Under the pieces are notes generated by a model. The model was not told where the DNA came from and ran no database searches. It saw nothing but the letters and a program-made list of their open reading frames with translations. A DNA stretch of 63,273 bases, the filler included, from Perkinsus chesapeaki ATCC PRA-425 (lineage: Eukaryota > Protista > Perkinsozoa): NCBI GenBank assembly GCA_013115145.1. It is 8 parts of 8 records of this genome, joined end to end, with 100 filler letters (N's around TTAATTAATTAA, not from the genome) between each part and the next. Parts side by side here need not be neighbours in the genome. Positions count along the whole stretch, not along the records: positions 5,809 to 32,589 come from JAAPAO010000502.1; positions 32,690 to 34,066 come from JAAPAO010002002.1; positions 34,167 to 39,746 come from JAAPAO010001144.1; 5 more parts are not named here. One strand, 5' to 3'. Shown here piece by piece: positions 25,040 through 37,054 of the stretch (the first letter of the stretch is position 1; each line of letters begins with the position of its first letter). The position numbers and the translations under genes are program-made.

Positions 25040-25306
25040 TAACACTTCAACATCTATAAGAAAATAACAAAGCGAAAACAAACGCATACCAACACTTAAC
25101 CACGGAAACTGAGCAAATGCATATTCTCATGACAACCAATGGCTTTATAGCCTCACGATTAGAAGGAAATATGGTATTATTAATATCTTCTTTTATTATT
25201 GAATATTTCGTCAATATGTACCATATATGTAATTATTGCTTGATTGCTTGATTGATAAATAATCTAACCAAAATAAGTTCTACGTGCAGCAAGTCCCGAA
25301 TCTTAC

Positions 25307-25682
25307 TGTCTGAAGGAGCTCGGCGGTCTCCTCTAGAGCTTCAAGCGTCAATAGCGATACAGAACCTGCTGGGCCGAGCAGTTCTTGATTACCACCAGCT
25401 TGAATAAAAGATGCCGACCTGAAAAGATACGCTCAAGTTGACCTATAAAATATCTTTCTTTTTACCTCATTTGTTCCGCATAACCCTGTATTGGAGATTC
25501 CCCACATAAACGTGGAAGGGCTGCACAAGTGACCGATCTAGAAAAATTTGCATTGTACCTGACAAAGCGTATCTTTAGGTCGGATTGACATAAAGTGCAA
25601 CCTACGCCTTAGCCCAGACACTTGCCCCTCGAGCCTTGGCAAAGCGAGCACCTGCGTGGAGGCCTCGAGAAAAGGTCCCCAT
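25307..25682 (-). CDS. Small-gene family copy A (unknown function)
   Basis: Exons 25682-25606, 25558-25466 and 25418-25307 give MGTFSRGLHAGARFAKARGASVWAKAYNANFSRSVTCAALPRLCGESPIQGYAEQMRSASFIQAGGNQELLGPAGSVSLLTLEALEETAELLQT. Confidence 0.8.
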
Positions 25683-26042
25683 TCTACAACGATCGGAGAA
25701 GTTTAAACAACAACCTTCAGTGAACAACCCATAATAAATTCAAAGCGCGCCGCAAAATCAACAGCGGAGCGAAGCGTTGCATGTTTACCATTTTTGTTGT
25801 GCCAGCTGTACTCAGCCTCTTATATTTACTTATGATGTACTAATAAGGTATATGTTATCTATTAGGAATGATAAGCCTGCTAATGCACATATACGACTAT
25901 ACTTTATAAATCAATCAAATCAATTGAAAATACGTATCCCTTGCACGCGTGCGCAAAAGTCACAAACCAGAACGAATTGAGACTTGAATAGTTTGACAAT
26001 AGGCTTTTAGCAGCTTCATCGGAGTTTCAACCACAGGTCATC

Positions 26043-26933
26043 CTATACAGACGAAAAAACGGAATATATAATAAAAGCTGCAAAAAGGTCAGTATTACTA
26101 GACAGGCTGTATTTAAGGAAGACGGAAGAGTAGCTCCCAACGTGCTGCTGATCACAGGACACATCAGTTGGGGGCTTATCTAGCAGCCTCCCACTGCGGA
26201 GATACAGTAGGAAATATTCCATTCGGGGACCTTTCCGGAAAACAAACATGAAGTGCATTGCTTCCGAAAACACTCGGGTGTTCATCCATCACGCAATCAT
26301 CGATTTGTCCCATCTTCAATCGACCTCTTTTCTCCATGCGGACTTTCCAACACGACAACCTTTTCTTTATAGTGTACCATAGCACACCATCAGATAGTAC
26401 TCACTATCACACTGTAAGCAAGTGAATCAAAACCCGATGAAAGATCGGAATAGACATGATCAATAGATCTCAATCGATTCTCCATCTCAGCCTCATTAAA
26501 GGTCGAACAGATCACCATTAATTCTCCTAAACTGTCCTTCTGCTGCAACTCTTCAACCACCGGGGCAATCTCTCGGGTAGCATCTTGTAGCGCATGAGTG
26601 TTCCTCACGAGCCGGTCCAATGGTTTCATCAACTTGCGCAGTGCCCGATGAGCTTTCGGATCGCTGGAAAGAAGTTCAAGATACCTTCGAACATTCGTAA
26701 GGATTTCACGATCGTCTTTAAGATCTTCTCCAATCTGATCGTAGTCGTCGGCGAACTGGCGCACGCTTTCCGGCGACAGCTCTACTTTCTTGGATGAGCA
26801 AGATGGCTTTGATCTGACAGAGCAGAACTAGTAAAGTCGAAGAATGGGTTAGTTTCGAAACTGGGCTCGTTGTATGAGAAAAGTTTTCATAGGACATCTC
26901 ACCCAGAAAATTTTGCCCGTGCGAAAATTGCAA
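26043..26933 (-). CDS. Exons of a hypothetical helical/coiled-coil protein gene (probably extends upstream)
   Basis: The 124-aa ORF 26390-26764 has protein-like helical composition and neighbours further minus-strand exon-like segments with splice signals. No family recognised. Confidence 0.45.
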
Positions 26934-29900
26934 CGATCATGCTTCATTAGAAGATAAAATAAAATAGCTATTTCTCATCGACTCCCAAAAGAGTCAATCT
27001 TCGCTTGTTAGATCGAGAGATTTGACACCGACTAACCGCACTCACTTCACAGCGACAGCCAGGTCCTCGATAAACCTTATCAACTTGTCCCCCACACCCC
27101 GCTCCAGGTCGATATAATCAGCCACAAGAGAGATAACCTCATCAACATCCTCGACCACATTACTCGATCTAGAAGGGTAGTACCTCAGTGGGGCCTAACA
27201 GAACATGCTAATATCCAAACCACGCGGATCAATCACCGGGGAAGCCATTTTCGCGTCCCAAGTGGTTCATGGATGAACGAGTGCGCATAACAGGATCCCA
27301 TTTCAGTCGTCGAGATATTTACTGCCAAAGTTTGTGCGATCGTTCTATCCGAGGTGGCAATGCAGCGCACTTGTTCAATCACCGTACCAATTTTCCCAAC
27401 GATAAAATATATATTTTCCACTGAAGGAATTGACAGTGTAACTCTCTGCTCTCGAAAAAAATCTGCTGAGGAGACTTCTATAAAAATGCAGCTGAAACCG
27501 TTTTGAAGCTCGCCGAGAAAATTCCAGAAAAACAGGTTTGCGCCTTTTTCTCTGAATCAACACTTAGAAACGACGAGCTCAACTGGTGCTATTATAACAC
27601 TGACGGGATTGTTGCCTACCAACTGTCCTGAGCAACCAAACTTCACCTACATGTGTGATAAAGTCTGTATCCTCTCTTCTATGACTTCTTTTCCTCTTCA
27701 CGAGTATCGTTCGTGGCTGAGCCTATATAATCGGCCCACTACTCCAACCAGGACAACACAATCTTACATTATCTTCGGTTGAATACCCTCCGCTGTCCAA
27801 CTCGTGTTCAACCTGATAATAAGTCATATCCGCTTTAGAACATATTCACGCTTTTCTTAGTATTTCGATTATTTATTTTTTTCCTAATTTCACTTTTTTC
27901 TGTACCTTTTCCGCTCTACGATATTATCAAGTTCGATGGCCAACGGGATACAGGCATCCTCGCCGCTTCACATTTTCGAAATTTCCTGAACTATTGTCGA
28001 GCAAGGCCGTAAGGATTTTTTTCTTCACAGGTGCCGTACAGTCGGTTGGACTATGCTGAGACTCTACTTGATAAGTCTCAAGATACCACAGAAACGATGA
28101 CCGTAACTCAGTCTCCAATCTCATAGAAATAATAATATTTCGAATAATTTGCACCAGGAGGCGACTTCTCCGACTCAAGTGTTCCCGAACCTCTAGCCTC
28201 TGTGGAAGACTCACATTGCGAAGATGCAATCGCCGACAACCCCCCATCGAACCAACTCACTTGCTGAACTATACTTTGGTAATCTCCATTCCCAGAACCT
28301 TTCGACCCGCCACTGGAGGTAACCTGAGTCCACTGTAATGCTGCCTCGCTACGAGTCGTGTATTCATTTTTACATGCTTCATGCTCTCAGACACGCCCAG
28401 CTTGTCATTTCAAGAAGTGGCGAAAAATTGTCCAAAATGAACATTTGAAATCACAAAGGAAGAGCAGAATACATACCAACGAAGAGAACGAGCTTTAGCG
28501 GGCAAGCTGAAAATTGTGCCTGCAGTGAGCAGCTCCCCAGCTCACTCTGCCATCCTCAACTTCAAAATTAGTCACTGACGGTTGCTCATCGACGCGACTT
28601 TGCCGTCCAGTAGACTCGCCAAGAATTTTACTTATCTGAGGTTGTAATATATTCAAGACATACAAGGAAATGGCCTCACCATTGGACCCAGATATCCGTC
28701 GTCACTATCACTGCCGCCGCCCCAATTGTCACCCGAATACGTTTCGAAGTCAGCAGCTCTCCGACGCCTCCGGAGACCCTAAACGATAATTCTGTTACTA
28801 AAATACTGTAGACATTTCTATTTGGGGTGATGTGGTCGAAAACCTTTCATGTTCTTGCTGACAATTATAATGCGACAAATTGTCTCCAGAAGTGAGAAGA
28901 TGACTTCTGTTAGAAGTACTGGCTAACGAATGGTGTCGAATTGATGGATTCTTCATTTCCCAAAATTTTATAATTCCCCCAACAGAAATTATAATTATAA
29001 CAGACATTATAATTCCCCCCCCCAGAAACTCCGGTCATGTACGGAGGCACTGGTGGGAGCTCATTGCTGTCTTCCATCTACTTCGATCACTTAATCGATT
29101 CACATAATGAGTTAAATATCATCATCTACTATTATATCAACTCAATCAGTCAATATAATATTATTACACGTTCATCGTTGCGGTGTAGCGGTAAAATATT
29201 GTTTGGAGAAGAAGAATTTCGGAGAAGTCTATAGAAATATTTTTTTATCTGCAAGTTGCAGACTTTGGTCTCCACTGGAGACATACTACAGCACAGTTTA
29301 GCTCAAACTTACCATGCAGATATCTACAAGTAATATGAGGAATACTTTAAATGACAATATTGTCATTGAAATGTTTTGGTATCTTAGGTTGAAGCGTACA
29401 AGATTCAAATAAGGTCAACCTGCAGGCATCCCTAACACTCTAATTTACAACCAAAACACTCATCAGGATACGAAGCCTCACAGCATTATTCATGTCAGGC
29501 AACTAGTCTAAAATATTAACAACTCGAGGGCTTTCACCATCCTCAGTATCGCTCTCCTTTCCCACTTTTCTAAAGTTCGGACGATTGACTTTCGCCTCAT
29601 TTGCATCTCCCAAGCTCCAGCGTTTCTTAAACCTGATCAAAAACTGTATACTAGTTAAGTGACGCTTACTGTTCTGCAGCTGCCAATGCAAGTGACGATC
29701 TTCTTCGACGTCTCAGTCCGCTCCCGTCTGAGCCACGGACACATCAGCGTTCTCCCAGAAAAATCGTTGCTTTTCAAATATGCTCCTATCTAGTGACTCG
29801 TCAGCTACACGACTCTAGAGTAGACTCTTACACTAAGGATTAAACGATAAGTTGTTTAAAAGGAAATACTGCCTTCCATTGCGCTGTAGGAAGATCGCTC

Positions 29901-32416
29901 ATGCGCTTGCAATCGGCCGAAATGGTGACTCACATTTTAGCTTGATACTCACACGACCGATAGGAACCGGATAGTTGAACCAGACTTATCGCTACGTTAC
30001 GCCTGTTCGATTAACTTATCCAAATAATGCTCGATTGATCAGTCCGATCACCACTCGTCCAGCCTTTTCGACAACATACAGTGATGACAAATAATAACAG
30101 AGTTTGGAGACATCCTATTGGATACGCGAGCGAAAAATGAGAACAAATCCGAATAGTGGAGGATAATATCTCAGCCTCGAAAAGGTTCAAATTCTATCGT
30201 GGAGTCGAATTGTGTTATGTCCCGTTGATGTTGAGATTAATGATGACGGAGTAATCGTCAAAGGAGGGATTAAGGTTACCATTTTCATTATCATCTTCGT
30301 CAACGGTTATATTCATATTAGCCAATGACTTAAAGTATTCAACAGTTTTATCAATCTCATCCGCCTCGATTCGTTTCCTCATTTCAGCTTCATAACTCAT
30401 CCTCGAATACAATCGGCATCCGTTCTACACACAGTTAAACTCACGACGGTGGCGCTATCCACCACCATCATACACCAGATCTTAACTTTCGAGATGCCTC
30501 CATGAAATCGATGCGTGCTTGAATTGAGGACGAAGAAAGAAAAATTCACTAGTGATTCCGTTAGTTCTTCTCCGCCTGGCTCGTTCAACAATAATATATT
30601 TTCTCCGATAAATTTCTAAGTTCGAGGGCTCACGTGGCGCGCATACCTCGACACTGCCTTCGATACGCTTTAGTTGGTACAGGCAAACAAAGACAGGCTG
30701 GTTCGACGGCTTACCAGAAAAACTATTATAAAACATCCAAGTTGAATTAATGTAAGGAATAACCGAGCCTGATCACCAATGCTTCACAAATATAAAACTA
30801 CGGAGATATGCAATTGGTAACTCTTCTTGTTACCGAAGAGGAAATATTTCCCTAAAAAGTTTATTTCCCAATAATATTTTTCTCTGTAGCGCATCGGAAT
30901 GATGATAGATACCGTAAATGAGTGCTGTAAAGTCGAGCTGGTGTAGGAATAAATGATAAGCATGCTGATAGATTATCGCAAAACAATCTAATGTAAACTG
31001 TGATTTTTAAGGCATTGGACCACACCAGTGGAGCCGAGTGTGGTAGAGATAATGTTAATAAGTCAATCCCCAGTTGAATAGCCTTTTCTTATCCTTTGAT
31101 GAAATCCTCATTATCCTAGTTGAGTTGCACCATATTCCCTATTTACTGTGAGCCATGAGTTGTAGGTGGTTGTTATATTCGCTAACTCACATGCTTCATC
31201 ACAAGTAATTGATGGAATAACTCTGAGCAAGGTTCAACTACACCCACAGATGACAATACAAATGCTATCCGGGTTCTCGAAGTGAATTGGGAGAATTACT
31301 TACCGACTAGAAAGAGGTTTGATAGGAAGCGAATACAAATTTTGTGGCAGATATGACGGACAAAATCGATCAACCGTTTCATAGCTAACATGACGAGAGA
31401 AACGTCACCACAACACCCACAGTTGATACAAACAAATGATTGGGTAGCTAAGTTTTAAAGGGTAAATGCTAATGGCCAATGAAGGCACAGCCCTCAATAT
31501 AGTCAGATGAGTCAGAGTGATGACCACACCATTAAAAAGCTTGTCGATGATGACTTCTAGAAGAGGCCTCTTTAAGCAGGATGTTTCACATCATATTCAG
31601 TTATGATAAAGAGAGCTGCTCACCCTCACCTTGCAGGCATCCCCACTCGATCTGGATTATCGCATCTGTTACAAATAGATTGCGAGAAATCATCCAACCA
31701 AGGGTAAACCACCATAAAGGTGATAGTAGTTATAACTGCCCCACCTTGAAGAATAACAGTGTATAGTGCACTAATAAAAATGATATTAAACAACTATTGA
31801 TAAGCTTCCTTTACCATGCGCTAAACCACCAAAGTAGCTTTTGGCTTTTCAGTTTCATATACGTTATCCAAAGTATGCTACTAAGGCTCTCAATTCCACC
31901 GAGTGCGAGCCAATGGATGATACTGATGATGTTAAATTGGATATAATAGCACTATCGATCACCTTTGATATCCTAATGTAGCGTCAAGTATAGTAGAACC
32001 AATGAGTGCTAGTAAAGAGAAAAATATGCATATGGACGCGGCAAAAGTTGACCTGAAGGGAAACGACCCGAACTGTTGGGAACTCAGATTGAAGTTTTTC
32101 GGTTAACATGGGATGATAGGTATTAAAGTGTGGATAAGAAAGCAAGATATAAAATACTCGAGTGATATTGTCAATTTATTAACCTCTTGAGAATCTTGTT
32201 GACTTTACCCGAAACGTAACTTAGATATTTTCCACCAACTGTAGTTCCCACTGTTACCATATAGTCGATGACGAAACCTAAACGAGTTTAGTAAACTACA
32301 GATGATATTCTGATATCACCATTCTATCGGATCGTCCGTCGATTCGTCGAACTTTCCCATGGATGGCTTAAATCGACCTAAACGAGAATCTTGCGCACTT
32401 AAAAACACCAGAAAAA

Positions 32417-32457
32417 AGCCTGTCCCGGGGATCGAACCTGGACCTTTCATGGTTAGC
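32417..32457 (-). pseudogene. Orphan tRNA 3' half (isotype uncertain, Val-like)
   Basis: Minus strand CTAACCATGAAAGGTCCAGG-TTCGATC-CCCGGGACAGGC followed by oligo-T. No A-box or GCCTGTC 5' strand upstream within the contig. Confidence 0.55.
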
Positions 32458-32689
32458 GGAAGGAGAATTGGACTGTAGCGGTAGTGAAATATCGCGAATA
32501 GAGGGTTTGCGCACTAGTAAGGTTACTGTGCAACCCCACACAAAGTAGACATCCGACACAACCTGTGCGTGCAGCTGGGGGCACGCGTGNNNNNNNNNNN
32601 NNNNNNNNNNNNNNNNNNNNNNNNNNNNNNNNNTTAATTAATTAANNNNNNNNNNNNNNNNNNNNNNNNNNNNNNNNNNNNNNNNNNNN

Positions 32690-33640
32690 GTGGATGTTTC
32701 TTTGATAGATCAATATCTTCTACTCTTCCATCCAGCACACATGAATGGATCTCCTGGATGAGGTACTCCAACTCGAATTTGGCTCTGAGAGATCCATTGT
32801 AGCCATATCCTTGATCGCACAACCGGCCTATGGTATTTAAGACTGACAACTGCGAAACGAGTCCACAGTGAAGAAGCCGACCAATGAGAGCCTGCCCAGC
32901 CAATATTACGGCTGTGATTGACAGGTGTGGGGTTGTAGTTGAACGGTCTGACGACTTGATCTCTTTCATCCGGACGAACCCGGGACACCCGGGTTCGTAT
33001 ACCTCCCGGGCTGGGAGGTATATGGTCGTACCAGTTTTGGTCTAGCCAGCCGGAAAGCCAAGTCCTTCGGTGAGTGGTCGGTGATAGTAGATGGCCAGGG
33101 AAAGGCGGCGACCTCATTTCCACATTGTTCCATAGGAAGCATCTCCGTTGTTTGGTTGGAGCTGGGGCTTCCTCAGTTGCTTTCCTGCCCTTCCCCCATC
33201 ACCTCCTGGAGAAATCTCCGGGTTTGCTCGTCCATATCCTCCGTGTCGCCACTGAATAAAGAGCGGACAGACAGTGGCTGAGTGTGAGTGGTCTTGGGGA
33301 GAGTGGTCTTGTTTTCGGGACGGTCGGAGTAGGGAAGCTCTTGCTCCGAGGCCTCTTCTTGCTGCATCATCAGGGGCATCTGTCACCCCTGTTGCCTAGG
33401 GGGGCGCTTGATAGGATGACCTCAGCGGGTGCCTGGGTCTTCCGCTTGGATACCCGTGTAGACCGGCGGATGGGTTGCTTCTGCCGCAGAAGTTCTGCGG
33501 TGGGCGCTTCGGGGGCATGTTGATAACAACTGCTGAGAGTCGCTTCTCTTCCATACGTCCGTCCTTGTGTGAGGAGGGGCCCCTCCGAGGGTGGGGTTGT
33601 CGGCAAATTTATCCCTTCCGCTGCCCGGAGGTATTTCCAA
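32690..33640 (-). mobile_element. Degenerate gag-like ORF fragments, possibly from a retroelement
   Basis: Broken low-complexity P/S/T-rich frames followed by a helical block (LNTIGRLCDQGYGYNGSLRAKFELEYLIQEIH). Loose resemblance to YR-element gag only. Confidence 0.3.
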
Positions 33641-34659
33641 TAAAGCCTCGAGTGCTCGAGCGGGTGATCCGCATCAGAGCATCGAATTTGAGAATTCTAC
33701 GAGGGCATTAATGGAGCCCCCCCGACGTGGTCGAGGCGGTGGTGCCGAACTTAGGCCCTCTCAGAGCCTTGCCCAAATGTGTGGCCGTTTCACCTGGGCT
33801 GGGGTGTCGGCTTGGATGACTCTGCCCCTTCGGCTGCACTGTACGACCCCTCAGTTAGCCCTAATCTTTGCGGGCTCACTCCCCCGCGAGCTATTTGGGA
33901 AAAATTCCTTTACTGAGCTCACTTCCCCAGTTACTCAACACTAGATGGTCGCTTGGACTGATTTCCGCACCATGCGCATGCGTGCAGTTCCCTCTACACC
34001 ATTTCAAGAACTAGTTAGTAAAACCCAAGACCAAATTGGTAAAAGCCCAGAACAAATTAATATAGCNNNNNNNNNNNNNNNNNNNNNNNNNNNNNNNNNN
34101 NNNNNNNNNNTTAATTAATTAANNNNNNNNNNNNNNNNNNNNNNNNNNNNNNNNNNNNNNNNNNNNCACGCGGACTGACGCGTTACTTTTCTACTCGCGT
34201 TGACCTGGCTTCCTGAAGCCTCTCCGCGGTGGTCGGTGTGTTGCGGTGGCTGCACTTCCCTTTTTGGGGTGCTCTTGGACCTATTTTGCAGGGGCGGCAG
34301 TTGCACGAACCTCCTAGGTCTTTGCCATCACGATGCCCGCCTACTCCGGCTTGCATTCTCGGTGCAGTTGTTGTTGCGTCACTTATCTTCTCTCTGGTTT
34401 TGGCGCTCCCGAGCCCCCTCTCCCCGGTTCACCCTCCCCCTCAGAGGGCGACTCCCTCTGCAAATCACTCTCAGTGCTCCTTGCATGAGTCTCATTCGGT
34501 GGCACTAAACGCAACAGAACCGCTGATGCTACGCTTCCCCACCAGGGGTACCGGCAGCCCTGCGCCGCTACTACAGCGGTCTTACCGGACTGCTTGTGAT
34601 CGGGTTGTGCGGTTTACTAAGCCGGACTTAGTCGTCGTCGGATGCTACCCGACCCGCCC

Positions 34660-36855
34660 TCATGGATGCAAGAAGGTCGGTTGTTTCGGTGTCACCGTCT
34701 TCCATCCGGCTGCTCGCACAGGGGCTCCTCGAGATGGCCCATCCGCGGGGTTCGCCGACGTCTGCACGCGGCAGAAATACACGGCGATTCCTTGCCGAGC
34801 TATGTATTCCCACACTCGGGCCACCAGCATATTCAGATCACCGCTGCGACTGGATCCTCGTCGCAGTAAGTTCTCGACGACTGTCGCATCTGTGTACACG
34901 ATATAACACCGCTCCTTCATGCGACAGAAGCTGCTTAACGCTTGTGCCACGGCGTACAGCTCATAGGCTATTACTTGCGTTTCCCTCGCTACCAGCATCC
35001 CGTCATACCACCTTGGTACCGTTGTCCCATACCACCATACTACTTCCCCGTCTGCCGCGACGGCCACCCCTCCTACACCACCCTCTCCGGTTGCGTCCGC
35101 GTACACACTCACATGCTTGCGGCCACTCCTACCGCTTCGGCCCACCGTGACCTGCCTGCGCGACACGGTCCGTACCAGGTTGCTTCCGTCAGCCTCCCCC
35201 AGCAAATGAAACATTCCCATGAGCGCCTGTCTGACTTCCTCACTTCTATCTGCCCTTTCTTGCACAGCTTCTCGGATCAATACCCTCACCAGCCCCCGCC
35301 CACAGCGGCCTCGTAACACGCTACATGCGAAGCTCAGACGCCCGGCCAGTTTCCTCCCCTTCGCCCCTCGTGAGAGACCTTCTCTCACCGCCGCTGCCAC
35401 TGCGCTCATCAGACTGTCCTTCCGATCGTCATCCAACGAGCACCGCACCTCCCCAGCTTTAAGCGTGATCATGACACCAAGTACCTTCGCGGCGCTTTGC
35501 GGTCGGACGTCCTTGGTTTTCTTCACCACCCACCCAAGCACGTTGTTCAACTCGCCGAACACCTCAAACGAGCTTTCCGCCGTTTCGACGTATTCTATTG
35601 CATAATAGTCGTCTAAATACGACTGAATGGGGCAGGCGAACAAGACCCTCATAACGTGGCTCAGCATCATCCCTAGTCTCAAATACCCGCTTACCGACGC
35701 TACGGCCCCGAAAGGCATTACGCGATGCATGTAACCGACCCACTCTCCATCTGCATTTCGTATCAGCACCGTCCCCACACTCTGGTCGGTGGCCCGGACG
35801 GGTATCTGGCGGTAGGCGTCACGATGATCCCGCTTCCACAAGGCTAGTTCAGGGTCGTCACCCTCCCCATGTTGCCGCCAAATGGTCTTTACCACGTCTA
35901 TACTCGTATCTAGCTCCGGCAAGGTTACTTTATACGGCACATGTGTTCCCCGGTTGACCAGGCTCGTTCGGTAATCATCACAGGGCCGCAGTTTTCCCGG
36001 TTGTTCGACAACGTGCCGCAGCGTCGCTCCCACTCTCTCCTTCCTTCTGAGTTCTTCTATACTATACGGTCCTGCCAGCCGTCCCTGCCTCACTTCCTCT
36101 TCGGCCTGCTGGTATAGCCAACGTTCCTCCTCGGTTGGTTCCTTCACGTCACCTTGCAATCTGTCAAACCGTTTATGCGCGAACGTTCTTATGTCGTCGG
36201 TACTACAGAGCCGGTCCCTTTTTATCGTGTCACTCGTCCACAACGGCGCGAACACTGCACTTCCCGGAAGCTCCCCGTACAATGCTAATCCCCCGTTCTC
36301 TCTCAACTCCTTCACAAACTCCTTATCGGGATACTGCGTCTCCTCACATAGGTACTCCAATAGGGGCAAATTAACCTCTCTACAACATTCCGGCATTTGC
36401 GCCCCCCACTCTGCCCGTAGAGGCTCCAGTCTCTTCGCGGCCTCCAGTACGCGATCCATTATCGCACGTCTTCTTCTTGGGGCGGTATCTCTCTGTCGGG
36501 CTAACGCCTCTATTGCCGCCGTGAGGGTGGTCGGCAGCGGGGCGTCCATATCCTCCGGGGCTACGACTTTCTTCGCCAGGTCGATGTGTCCCTCGGGGGT
36601 CAAGGTCTCCTCCTCTGGCACCCCCTCGGCTCCTGGCCGGAATCGCCTACCCGATTTATAGTAATGGAAGTCTGCGTCGCCTGGCTGGTAGTGGACCATC
36701 GCTCTTATTGACGGCACTTCAATTCCTCCTACGAGCGTGACGTGCGGATGTGCTGCTGCTCCTTGTCCTCCTGTCCCCAGATGCCTTCTTTCGCTGATTC
36801 TAGCCTTCTTGCGGGCTCTTCGATGTGGCATTTTCTTTAAACTAACTAACTCCAT
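34660..36855 (-). CDS. Reverse transcriptase + RNase H (DIRS/Ngaro type), intact 731 aa
   Basis: RT motifs LRPCDDYR, KRDHRDAYRQIPV, MPFG and YLDD; RNase H motifs VYADA, IAYELYAV, VYTDA and ANPADGPSRG. No protease or integrase. Confidence 0.93.
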   Translation of the reverse strand: MELVSLKKMPHRRARKKARISERRHLGTGGQGAAAHPHVTLVGGIEVPSIRAMVHYQPGDADFHYYKSGRRFRPGAEGVPEEETLTPEGHIDLAKKVVAPEDMDAPLPTTLTAAIEALARQRDTAPRRRRAIMDRVLEAAKRLEPLRAEWGAQMPECCREVNLPLLEYLCEETQYPDKEFVKELRENGGLALYGELPGSAVFAPLWTSDTIKRDRLCSTDDIRTFAHKRFDRLQGDVKEPTEEERWLYQQAEEEVRQGRLAGPYSIEELRRKERVGATLRHVVEQPGKLRPCDDYRTSLVNRGTHVPYKVTLPELDTSIDVVKTIWRQHGEGDDPELALWKRDHRDAYRQIPVRATDQSVGTVLIRNADGEWVGYMHRVMPFGAVASVSGYLRLGMMLSHVMRVLFACPIQSYLDDYYAIEYVETAESSFEVFGELNNVLGWVVKKTKDVRPQSAAKVLGVMITLKAGEVRCSLDDDRKDSLMSAVAAAVREGLSRGAKGRKLAGRLSFACSVLRGRCGRGLVRVLIREAVQERADRSEEVRQALMGMFHLLGEADGSNLVRTVSRRQVTVGRSGRSGRKHVSVYADATGEGGVGGVAVAADGEVVWWYGTTVPRWYDGMLVARETQVIAYELYAVAQALSSFCRMKERCYIVYTDATVVENLLRRGSSRSGDLNMLVARVWEYIARQGIAVYFCRVQTSANPADGPSRGAPVRAAGWKTVTPKQPTFLHP

Positions 36856-37054
36856 CCAGTGTTCCGAGCCCGTGTCTCTTTCGCCACTCTTCTGCTTTGG
36901 AGACGCTCCCAGAGGGAGACCCCGCCGGTGTCACACCGGTAACAATCGCGCGCCGGTGACGCCGCCACTGCGCCCGCGTGACGCCCCCGGGCGTCGCCCC
37001 TGCTTCGCCCGTTCATCGCGCCACACCATTTCTTGCCTGGTGTAAGTTCCTTCC

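Larger units (their letters stand above)
22226..25062. repeat. Recent ~475-bp segmental duplication (22226-22699 and 24589-25062)
   Basis: Nearly identical copies, including introns, offset by 2363 bp; they carry gene copies D and B. Confidence 0.95.

Noticed and set aside
25307-25682. Resemblance of copy A to a mitochondrial carrier repeat (RG...ARF.K..G...W...AN..R; AG.VSLL...L....LLQT)
   Set aside because: No Px[DE]xx[KR] signature, too few hydrophobic residues for membrane helices, and the other copies do not share the C-terminal resemblance.
31200-31800. Possible hAT transposase remnant (TDDNTNA)
   Set aside because: Single short motif in AT-rich, stop-ridden sequence.
34229-34906. 225-aa plus-strand ORF and other antisense or overlapping ORFs inside the YR element and the LINEs
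   Set aside because: Shadow ORFs of GC-rich coding sequence with low-complexity translations and no motifs.
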